From Candidatus Magasanikiibacteriota bacterium (GTDB taxonomy: Bacteria; Patescibacteriota; Patescibacteriia; Magasanikbacterales; UBA922): a stretch of 55,515 bases of DNA. The notes below the pieces were generated by a model that was not told the DNA's origin, did no database searches, and saw only the letters and a list, made by a program, of their open reading frames with translations. The position numbers were made by a program, and so were the translations under genes. Where the stretch lies: NCBI GenBank assembly GCA_012800155.1, contig JAAZJX010000002.1, forward strand, positions 1 through 55,515. Reading direction: 5' to 3'. This document shows positions 1-7,586 of the stretch, piece by piece; positions within the stretch are counted from its first letter, which is position 1, and each line of letters opens with the position of its first letter.

Positions 1-442
1 CTCGGCGCAATTTTTGACGCAACCCTCTTTTAGTATTCTCTGAAAGATTATCAACAAAGTATTTTGATTGCCCAAAAGCGATATTCAACATGAATTTGCC
101 TTGCGGGGTCGGCTCAAACCAAAATGTCGGGGATTTTAGCGCTCTGATTTTTCCGGTGTCTATCAAGAAAATTATCCGTCCGCCGTCTATGCTGTTTCTC
201 GCCAATCTGTCGGGGTGCCACGCTAAAATCCCCTCGGCCTCGCCGCGCTCCATTCGTTTGAGCATATCGTTGAAAATCGGTCTGCCCGGCTCTTTGGCGG
301 TTTGTGATTCGCGGAATGTCGCGGCGATCGACAAATTTTCCCGCAAGGCAAATTCTTTCAGTTCTGTTTCTTGCGCGTCTAGCGATAAAACTTGTCTGTC
401 GTCTTCGTCGGTTGATTTTCTAATGTATAAAAAGTATTTCAT
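1..442 (-). CDS. Serine recombinase (resolvase/invertase-type catalytic domain); C-terminal part lies beyond the window start
   Basis: Absent from the ORF track because it runs off the window. My translation of the reverse complement of 442..1 reads MKYFLYIRKSTDEDDRQVLSLDAQETELKEFALRENLSIAATFRESQTAKEPGRPIFNDMLKRMERGEAEGILAWHPDRLARNSIDGGRIIFLIDTGKIRALKSPTFWFEPTPQGKFMLNIAFGQSKYFVDNLSENTKRGLRQKLRR. It has the Y-x-R-x-S nucleophile motif, S-x-x-x-Q, and DRLARN, as in the resolvase N-terminal domain. The ATG is at 442-440. G+C is far higher than in the rest of the window. Confidence 0.85.
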   Translation of the reverse strand, partial: MKYFLYIRKSTDEDDRQVLSLDAQETELKEFALRENLSIAATFRESQTAKEPGRPIFNDMLKRMERGEAEGILAWHPDRLARNSIDGGRIIFLIDTGKIRALKSPTFWFEPTPQGKFMLNIAFGQSKYFVDNLSENTKRGLRQKLRR

Positions 443-661
443 ATTGCTTTTGGGCTATTAAAAATTATCGCTTTGCTTTCCGCCACAGGCGGAAGAAAAA
501 GGATTGGCTCATAAACTTCGTTTATCCGTTGCTTCGCAACGGCGAACCGTGTTTTGCTTTCGCAAAAGGTGGCGATTGAACCTAAAAAATCTTGGCAAAT
601 ACTATACAATCTGCCTGCCGAGGCGCGAAGCGCCGAGGCAATAAACTCGCAACATACAATT
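1..661. mobile_element. Edge of an integrated element (genomic island or prophage) abutting the 3' end of tRNA-Gln
   Basis: G+C in hand-counted 60-nt lines is about 45-60%, against about 23-30% elsewhere. The recombinase gene is the first gene inside the boundary. The composition shift coincides with the tRNA 3' end at 662. The other end of the element is outside the window. Confidence 0.55.
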
Positions 662-735
662 TGGCTCCGAGACATGGATTCGAACCATGATATTCGCCTC
701 CAGAGGGCGAAGTCCTACCATTAGACGATCTCGGA
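662..735 (-). tRNA. tRNA-Gln (anticodon CUG), CCA encoded
   Basis: Manual cloverleaf on the minus strand: acceptor UCCGAGA/UCUCGGA (7 bp, U1-A72), D arm GUCU-AAUGGUA-GGAC, anticodon arm UCGCC-CUCUGGA-GGCGA (anticodon CUG), variable AUAU, T arm CAUGG-UUCGAAU-CCAUG, discriminator G, then CCA. Length 74 nt. Confidence 0.9.
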
Positions 736-764
736 ATTAGTTTATATTTTTGTAAAAGTTAATG

Positions 765-2363
765 TTAAGATATTATTTCGCCACCAAAACTGGAAGCTAA
801 ATTTTGAATATCGTTTTTATCTTGATTTATTTCTTTTTCTTGAACAACTGCTTCTATACGAATTTTATGTCCGAGAATATCTGACATAATATTTTCTAGA
901 TTTCTTTGACAAATTTTATCATTCAATTTATTAGCATGAAAAGAGTATTGTACACCAATTTTTAATAAATTATTTTCTAAATTTAAAATTTCAGACATTT
1001 TGAGAATAAAAATAAGAGAAGGATGTTCTTTTTCTACTTGAGAAATAAAATTGGTCCATTTTTTTTCTATATCAATTAAAGAAAATTCAATTGGTTTGTT
1101 AACAATATTTTTTACTTTTTCGGTAAAAGAAGTTTTTTTATTTTCTTTTGTTAAAGAAGCCTTATTGTTTGTTGATTCTTTATTTTCTTTAGTGATTGGT
1201 TCTTTTTTAGTTACTTCTTTTTTTTCGTTGTTAGATTTATTTGGAGTAGTAAAATTATTATCATCTTGGTTATTTTCTTTTTTTTCACACCATTCTAAAA
1301 GCACTAATTGCAAAGGCAGTTCAGGAATGGGGGAAAGACGGATTTGTTGACTGCGTTTCATTATTAAATCAATTAAAATAATTAAATCTGTATAACTAAT
1401 TTGTTGATTAATTTTATCAATTTCTTTTTTTACTTTGTCATTAACATCAAGAATAAAAGCAGCTTGAGGATCAGCTTTATTTATCATCATTGCGTGTAAT
1501 AATTCTAATAAATCAATATTAAATTGATTAAAATTAATTCCATCATCTACTAAACTTTTTATTAAATTCATTCCATTTTCAATATCTTTGTTTATCAAAG
1601 AAGAAACAAAAGTAAAGGTTTTTTCAATATTAGTGTTGGGAAGTACAAGACTGGCTGTTTCAGAATCTATATTTTTTTCACCAGTAGCCATAAGTTGGTC
1701 AAGCAAGCTAATCGCATCGCGAGCGCAACCATCACTTTTGTTAATAATTCTTTCTAATACTTCTTTGGTGATTTTAATTTTTTCTGCTTTGGCAATATTT
1801 TCTAAATGTTTATTCATAGTTTCATGCGGAATCTTTTTGAAAGCAAATCGTTGACAGCGGGAAATAATAGTAGCTGGAAGTTTATGAAGTTCAGTAGTAG
1901 CTAGAATAAAAATAATATGTTCTGGTGGTTCTTCTAAAGTTTTTAGTAAAGCATTAAAAGCGCTGGTAGATAACATGTGGACTTCATCAATAATAAATAC
2001 TTTGTATTTAGATTTAGTAGGTTTGAATTGTACATTGTCAATAATATTTTCTTTGACATTATCTACTCCAGTATGAGAAGCTGCGTCAATTTCAATCACA
2101 TCAATAGCTCGAGAATGAGTAATTTCTTGACAAGAAGAACATTGATTGCAAGGATCAAAATTTTTATCTTGGCGATTTTCACAATTTACTGCTTTGGCAA
2201 TAACTCTAGCTAAAGTTGTTTTTCCTACACCTCTGGGACCAGAAAAAAGATAAGCATGATTTATCTTATTATGAATAATTTGATTGGAAATAGTTTTGAC
2301 AATATGTTCTTGACCAATAATAGAAGAAAAATCTTGAGGTCGATATTTTAAATATAGAGCCAT
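765..2363 (-). CDS. dnaX: DNA polymerase III subunit gamma/tau
   Basis: Walker A GPRGVGKTT, DEVHMLS, Zn module CNQCSSCQEI, and the SRCQRF sensor box. The AAA+ clamp-loader N-terminus is followed by a Lys/Asn/Glu-rich linker and a C-terminal domain. Confidence 0.92.
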   Translation of the reverse strand: MALYLKYRPQDFSSIIGQEHIVKTISNQIIHNKINHAYLFSGPRGVGKTTLARVIAKAVNCENRQDKNFDPCNQCSSCQEITHSRAIDVIEIDAASHTGVDNVKENIIDNVQFKPTKSKYKVFIIDEVHMLSTSAFNALLKTLEEPPEHIIFILATTELHKLPATIISRCQRFAFKKIPHETMNKHLENIAKAEKIKITKEVLERIINKSDGCARDAISLLDQLMATGEKNIDSETASLVLPNTNIEKTFTFVSSLINKDIENGMNLIKSLVDDGINFNQFNIDLLELLHAMMINKADPQAAFILDVNDKVKKEIDKINQQISYTDLIILIDLIMKRSQQIRLSPIPELPLQLVLLEWCEKKENNQDDNNFTTPNKSNNEKKEVTKKEPITKENKESTNNKASLTKENKKTSFTEKVKNIVNKPIEFSLIDIEKKWTNFISQVEKEHPSLIFILKMSEILNLENNLLKIGVQYSFHANKLNDKICQRNLENIMSDILGHKIRIEAVVQEKEINQDKNDIQNLASSFGGEIIS

Positions 2364-2476
2364 AATAATTGTTTTTTTCTAAAAAAGTTATTTAAACTAT
2401 CAATATTATATAATAATTATTCTTGACAGTAAAGATGGCTTGTGTAGATGAGATATACACAATTTGAGATTTTCTA

Positions 2477-2505
2477 TTGCCAGAAGTATCAGTTTATGCT
2501 ATAAT
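2477..2505 (+). promoter_or_regulatory. Sigma-70-like promoter for the SWIB gene
   Basis: TTGCCA (2477-2482), 17-nt spacer, TATAAT (2500-2505), about 40 nt upstream of the ATG at 2547. Confidence 0.55.
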
Positions 2506-2546
2506 GTTACTGTTAATTTAAATTTTAGTCATTTAACTAAAAAATT

Positions 2547-2801
2547 ATGCCAAGAAAAATCAATCCAGCTTTGATGAAACCTATGACAGTTTCTTCTGAG
2601 CTAGAAGCCGTTGTCGGCAAAGGACCAATGCCTCGTGCACAAGTAGTAAAAAAACTTTGGGAATATATTAAGAAAAATAATTTGCAAAATCCAGAAAATA
2701 AGAGAAATATTTTTGCAGATGATAAATTATTACCAATTTTCGGTAAGAAAGAAGTAAATATGTTTGAAATGACTAAATTAGTTTCCAAACATTTATCATA
2801 A
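2547..2801 (+). CDS. SWIB/MDM2 domain protein (84 aa)
   Basis: The whole protein matches the SWIB fold pattern: ...PSELEAVVGKGPMPRAQVVKKLWEYIKKNNLQNPENKRNIFADDKLLPIFGKKEVNMFEMTKLVSKHL. Confidence 0.8.
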   Translation: MPRKINPALMKPMTVSSELEAVVGKGPMPRAQVVKKLWEYIKKNNLQNPENKRNIFADDKLLPIFGKKEVNMFEMTKLVSKHLS

Positions 2802-2810
2802 ATAGATAAG

Positions 2811-2850
2811 AAAAATCCCTCCGCTATAATAGCGGAGGGATTTTGTTTTT
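2811..2850. terminator. Bidirectional rho-independent terminator
   Basis: Perfect 10-bp stem TCCCTCCGCT (2816-2825) / AGCGGAGGGA (2831-2840) with loop ATAAT. An A-run lies upstream and a T-run downstream. It sits between convergent genes. Confidence 0.85.
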
Positions 2851-2865
2851 ATTATATTAAAAATT

Positions 2866-4194
2866 TTAATATTCCATTTCAAAAATTCCTAAGATATTAG
2901 CAATTTTACCAAAAAAATAAATTTTTCTATTTTTGATATTATTTCCAATACTATAAATTTCAATATTTTTTAGAAGTTCATGATTGGTGAAATATCGAGA
3001 ATTGAAACCAACTAGACGATTGTTATATAAAATTAAAGTAGTGTCATTATTTTCTGTAGATAAAATATTTTTGATAACTTCACTAGTGCGAGTATATAGT
3101 TCATATTCACCATTTTCTTTTAGAGACCACATTTCCCAAGGTGTCCAAGCAAACCAACCATTATTATCAGAATAAGGTATGAGATTATCAATATTTATTT
3201 CATAATTAATAATAACATGGGAATCTTTCAAAGTACCAGCAAGCACTTTTTCTTCTTTTTTCATTAAGATAAATTTATTTTTAAAATAAATTATTTTTTG
3301 AATATTTGGTTCAGATAAATGAAAAAAATCAAGATTATTTTTTATTAATTTTTTGTTTTCTAAAATCCAAATATTTTCTTGATTATCTACATACCAGACA
3401 GAGGAAGTAGTTGTAGCTAAATTATTTTTGTTTTTATTACTTAATTTTATTATTTTATTATTTTGATTTACAAATAAAATTCCTGAATGTTGATTGTTGG
3501 ACCATTGATAAGAATTTATATCTTTATTAAAAGAATAATTTTCTGATAATTCTGGATTATTTGGATTAAAAATTTCAATATTTATTTTATTTTTTTTAAT
3601 AGTTTTTATCATGGCAAAATCACTATATTGAGACCAATTAACTTCTAGATTGTCAGTCATAACTTCTTCACGAATAATTTGATTTATTTTTTTATTGTTA
3701 GTGTTGTATAAGAATAATTCAAAAATTGAATCTTTTTTTGTGAGAATGATAATATAAACACCATTGCGATTAGGATAAATATTTTGAATGTTTGAGGGAT
3801 CTATATCTTCTAAAATTTTAATTGGTAAACTTTGTTTAAAAAGTGTGATATCTTTGATATAAGTAGTTTTTTTACTTTCTATATTTACATCTTTGATCCA
3901 GTCATGATAGCCTTCTTTTTGAATTTTTACATTATAAATACCAGGAGCACGATTATTTAATTTAATAGGAATAGTTTGGTTTATTTTTATATTATTTAAA
4001 TAAATACTTGAATCTTTGGGTTTGATATCAATGTTGATTACTCCAGTTTGTCTAATTTCTCGTTTTTTCCAATCATAACGATAACCAACAGTATAAGAAA
4101 TAACAATTGGTGAAATAACAAAAAAAGAAAAAATAAAGAATGACATTATAATTATGCGTACTCGGCGATTTAAATTTGTTTTAGGATAATCCAT
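2866..4194 (-). CDS. Membrane-anchored PEGA-domain-like protein
   Basis: N-terminal TM helix (IIIMSFFIFSFFVISPIVISY), then a PEGA-like beta domain (IDIKPKDSSIYLNNIKINQTIPIKLNNRAPGIYNVKIQKEGYHDW). The remainder resembles no family I recognise. Confidence 0.45.
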   Translation of the reverse strand: MDYPKTNLNRRVRIIIMSFFIFSFFVISPIVISYTVGYRYDWKKREIRQTGVINIDIKPKDSSIYLNNIKINQTIPIKLNNRAPGIYNVKIQKEGYHDWIKDVNIESKKTTYIKDITLFKQSLPIKILEDIDPSNIQNIYPNRNGVYIIILTKKDSIFELFLYNTNNKKINQIIREEVMTDNLEVNWSQYSDFAMIKTIKKNKINIEIFNPNNPELSENYSFNKDINSYQWSNNQHSGILFVNQNNKIIKLSNKNKNNLATTTSSVWYVDNQENIWILENKKLIKNNLDFFHLSEPNIQKIIYFKNKFILMKKEEKVLAGTLKDSHVIINYEINIDNLIPYSDNNGWFAWTPWEMWSLKENGEYELYTRTSEVIKNILSTENNDTTLILYNNRLVGFNSRYFTNHELLKNIEIYSIGNNIKNRKIYFFGKIANILGIFEMEY

Positions 4195-4272
4195 AAAAAA
4201 TTCAACTTGATTATGTTTGTTTTTTGCTATACAATAATACTACTGTAAATTATCTATAAAATCAACTTTTTT

Positions 4273-5529
4273 ATGGGGAAATATATTATTCAGGGAGGAA
4301 AAACTTTGTCAGGAGTTTTGCCAGTTAGTGGAGCTAAAAATGCTACTTTACCAATTTTAGCTTGTACTTTAATTGCTGAAGGAACATATTTTTTAAATAA
4401 TGTTCCAGCTTTAAAAGATGTGGAAGTTATGATTAAATTGTTGGAACATTTTGGTTTAAAAATTGAAAAAATTGCTCAAAATTCTTATAAAATAATAAAT
4501 AATGGATTGCAAACTTTGGAAGCGCCTTATGAATTAGTTAGTATTATGAGAGCTTCTTTTTTAGTTATGGGACCACTCTTGGCTCATCGAGGTGAAGCTC
4601 GTGTATCTATGCCCGGCGGTTGTGCGATTGGTAATCGACCAATAGATATTCATCTAAAAGGTTTTGAACAATTAGGAGCAACTATAAAAACTGAACATGG
4701 ATTTATTTCAGCCAAAGCTAAAAATTTGATTGGTAAAGAAATTTATCTTGATTTTCCTACTGTTACAGGCACAGAAAATCTTATTATGGCAGCTGTTTTA
4801 TCCAAAGGAATAACTATTTTGAATAATGCTGCGCGCGAACCAGAAGTAGAAGATTTAGGTAATTTTTTAAATAAAATGGGAGCGAAGATTACTGGTTTGG
4901 GCACAGATAGAATTATTATTGAAGGAGTAGAAAAATTATTTCCTTGTGAATATAATATTATTCCTGATCGAATTGAAGCTGGAACTTTTTTAATTTTATC
5001 TGCTTTGACTGGAGGAAATATTGTGATTAAGGGAGTTAATATGGAACATTTAACTAGTTTTAAAACTAAATTAGAAGAAATAGGCATAAATTTTAAAATT
5101 AATGGTGATGAAGTTCAAGTTCAAGCTGATCTTAATAATTTTAAACCAACTAATATAATAACTTTACCTTATCCTGGTTTTCCAACTGATCTTCAAGCTC
5201 AAACAATTGTTTTACTTGCTATGATTAAAGGAAATAGTGAGATGAAAGAAACAATTTTTGAAAATCGTTTTAGACATGTTCCTGAACTCAATCGTATGGG
5301 CGCAAATATAAAAATAGAAGGCAATGTAGCCAGTATTAACGGACCAACAAATTTTCAAGGTGCTGAAGTTGAAGCTACTGATTTAAGAGCTGGCGCTTGT
5401 CTTGTGATTGCTGGATTGATTTCTTCTAATACTACAATTCTTAATAATATTGAACACATTGAACGCGGTTATGAAAATTTAGTAGAAAGATTACAAGCAA
5501 TTGGCGCAGAAATTAAAAAAAGTGAATAA
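4273..5529 (+). CDS. murA: UDP-N-acetylglucosamine 1-carboxyvinyltransferase
   Basis: [23 protein letters not shown]-terminus, active-site loop [12 protein letters not shown] with the catalytic Cys, and the C-terminal HIERGYE motif. Confidence 0.95.
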   Translation: MGKYIIQGGKTLSGVLPVSGAKNATLPILACTLIAEGTYFLNNVPALKDVEVMIKLLEHFGLKIEKIAQNSYKIINNGLQTLEAPYELVSIMRASFLVMGPLLAHRGEARVSMPGGCAIGNRPIDIHLKGFEQLGATIKTEHGFISAKAKNLIGKEIYLDFPTVTGTENLIMAAVLSKGITILNNAAREPEVEDLGNFLNKMGAKITGLGTDRIIIEGVEKLFPCEYNIIPDRIEAGTFLILSALTGGNIVIKGVNMEHLTSFKTKLEEIGINFKINGDEVQVQADLNNFKPTNIITLPYPGFPTDLQAQTIVLLAMIKGNSEMKETIFENRFRHVPELNRMGANIKIEGNVASINGPTNFQGAEVEATDLRAGACLVIAGLISSNTTILNNIEHIERGYENLVERLQAIGAEIKKSE

Positions 5530-5541
5530 ATTATAAAATAT

Positions 5542-6174
5542 ATGAAACAAGATTATACTTCTGAACAAAAAAATTTTATTAATTATATTTCTAAAAAAGT
5601 GAGAAATTTATTTTTAAATTATCCTGAACCAGCTCATGGAATAGATCATATTGAAAGAGTTGTGAATTGGGCTAAAGAAATTGCTAAAAAAGAAAATGCT
5701 CGTAGTATTTTTTTGTGTGAATTATCTGCTTGGTTGCATGATATTGGACGAACAAGAGAAGATAATCCAGGAGAAAATACTAGAAAACATCATGAATTAT
5801 CTTATGAAATGTTACGAGAATGGTTTCGTGAAGATGAAAATTTTGCTATTTTGAATGATGAAGAAAAGAAAGAATTATTATATGCAGTTAGATATCATTG
5901 GAATAATGCTGCTGATGATTATGATACAGCTTGGATTTTACGCGATGCAGATAAATTAGATATTTTTGGTAAACAAGGTCTTGATCGAGCTTGGAAATTT
6001 ATGAAAGATAATGATGCGCTTTGGAATCAACATTTACGCAATATGTCAGATTATTTTGCTTATGTACACACTGATACAGCTAAAAAAATTATTAAAGACA
6101 ATAATTTTCAAACTATGAGTAAGGAAGTTTATAGAGATTATTTGAAATCAAAGATAAAACCAGTTGAATTATGA
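5542..6174 (+). CDS. HD-domain metal-dependent phosphohydrolase
   Basis: H...HD signature (HGIDHIERV ... WLHDIGR) with downstream His/Asp ligands (RKHHE, RDADKLD). Confidence 0.7.
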   Translation: MKQDYTSEQKNFINYISKKVRNLFLNYPEPAHGIDHIERVVNWAKEIAKKENARSIFLCELSAWLHDIGRTREDNPGENTRKHHELSYEMLREWFREDENFAILNDEEKKELLYAVRYHWNNAADDYDTAWILRDADKLDIFGKQGLDRAWKFMKDNDALWNQHLRNMSDYFAYVHTDTAKKIIKDNNFQTMSKEVYRDYLKSKIKPVEL

Positions 6175-7229
6175 AGTCAAGAGGGAAAATTTTAGTAGCA
6201 ATGTCTGGTGGTGTGGATTCTTCGGTTGTTGCAGCTTTATTAGTAAAACAAGGTTATGATGTTACTGGCGCTTTTATGATTAATTATAATGAAACTGATG
6301 GTGATTGTTGGCGTGGAGATTATCAAGATGCAGTGCGAGTGGCAGCAAAATTAAATATTCCCTTATTACGATTAGATTTTACTAAAGAATATAAAGAAAA
6401 AGTTTTGGATTACATGTATGCTGAATATGAAAAAGGACGAACACCAAATCCAGATGTACTTTGTAATAAATTTGTTAAATTTGGAGTATGGCTGGATAAA
6501 ATAAAAGAATTAGGTTTTGATAAAATTGCGACTGGACATTATGCTACTATAAAACAAAAATTTTCAAAGTCAAAAGTTAAAATTTACAATCTAATTAGAG
6601 CTAAAGATGAGAATAAAGATCAAACTTATTTTTTACACCAACTCAATCAAGAACAATTAAGTCAAATTTTGTTTCCTTTGGGAAAATATACCAAATCAGA
6701 GGTGCGTAAATTAGCTAAGAAATTTGCTTTACCAACTTCAACTAAAGAAGAGAGTATGGGAATTTGTTTTATAGGAGAAGTACCAATAAAAGAATTTTTA
6801 GAAAATAAAATAAAAACAAAATCTGGTGATATTATATTATCTACTACTGGAGAAAAAATTGGTGAACATGATGGATTAGCTTTTTATACGCTTGGACAAC
6901 GACATGGTTTTTCTCAAACTGGTGGCACTAAACCATTATTTGTAGTAGGAAAAGATCAGACGACTAATCAATTATTAGTTGGCTATGAAGATGATTCTAG
7001 ATTATGGACAAAAGAAATTGAAGTGGAAGATTTTCATTGGATTGCTGGAATTAAACCAAAATTTCCTTTACCAGTTAAAGTTAGATTGCGTCATCGTCAA
7101 GAATTACAAAATTGTATTGTAGAAAATAATAAAATTATTTTTAAAAAATCTCAACGCGCAGCTACTCCAGGTCAATTTGCGGTTATTTACAAAAACCGAG
7201 TTTGTCTGGGCGGGGGAGTAATAAAATAA
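6171..7229 (+). CDS. mnmA: tRNA-specific 2-thiouridylase (tRNA U34 2-thiolation)
   Basis: PP-loop VAMSGGVDSSV, catalytic Cys motifs PNPDVLCNK and MGICFIGE. The ATGA start overlaps the upstream stop. Confidence 0.92.
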   Translation: MKSRGKILVAMSGGVDSSVVAALLVKQGYDVTGAFMINYNETDGDCWRGDYQDAVRVAAKLNIPLLRLDFTKEYKEKVLDYMYAEYEKGRTPNPDVLCNKFVKFGVWLDKIKELGFDKIATGHYATIKQKFSKSKVKIYNLIRAKDENKDQTYFLHQLNQEQLSQILFPLGKYTKSEVRKLAKKFALPTSTKEESMGICFIGEVPIKEFLENKIKTKSGDIILSTTGEKIGEHDGLAFYTLGQRHGFSQTGGTKPLFVVGKDQTTNQLLVGYEDDSRLWTKEIEVEDFHWIAGIKPKFPLPVKVRLRHRQELQNCIVENNKIIFKKSQRAATPGQFAVIYKNRVCLGGGVIK

Positions 7230-7233
7230 AAAT

Positions 7234-7362
7234 ATGAATACTGTAAATTATGTTGGCGTAGAGCAGCCATCATTAGTTCCTAATATGTTAGTCTCTGGTT
7301 TGGGAATATTTTTGTTGGTGGGAGTAATAATTTTTATTGCTTTCAAATATATAAAAGATTAA
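7234..7362 (+). CDS. Small hypothetical membrane peptide (42 aa), below the ORF-track size cutoff
   Basis: The ATG at 7234 is 5 nt after the mnmA stop. Translation is MNTVNYVGVEQPSLVPNMLVSGLGIFLLVGVIIFIAFKYIKD, with one clear TM helix and a positively charged C-terminus. There is no homology evidence. Confidence 0.3.
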   Translation: MNTVNYVGVEQPSLVPNMLVSGLGIFLLVGVIIFIAFKYIKD

Positions 7363-7586
7363 ATATTGTTATTTTGAATAAAGTGAGTTGAATGAAATTA
7401 TTGTGTTTAAAAATAAGCAAGAAAGATCTTCTATATATTTTTTAATAAAAGACTTTTAAGTTTTACTTTGTTTTGCTCAGGATGACAGGGTAACTATTTT
7501 GACTTTATTAGATAAACTGGCTAAGATATAATAAAATTAAAAAATAAAAAATTAATCATATTATAAATAATTTGAATAAGTAATTT

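Noticed and set aside
90-675. ORF-track entries 90..461 (+, 123 aa) and 439..675 (-, 78 aa).
   Set aside because: The first is the antisense shadow of the clearly recognisable serine recombinase on the minus strand. The second runs through the hairpin-rich non-coding region and into the tRNA-Gln gene. Neither has motifs or a plausible RBS.
4195-4272. Replication origin at the divergent junction where gene orientation switches from minus to plus.
   Set aside because: It is only 78 bp, with no DnaA-box match better than 7/9 (TTATCTATA) and no adjacent dnaA or dnaN. An orientation switch alone is insufficient, and several such switches occur in this window.
7363-7586. T-box or other riboswitch leader upstream of alaS.
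   Set aside because: There is no T-box consensus (no AGAGA/GNUGGUACCGCG-like sequence) and no convincing GC-supported helices. The region looks like plain AT-rich spacer and promoter.
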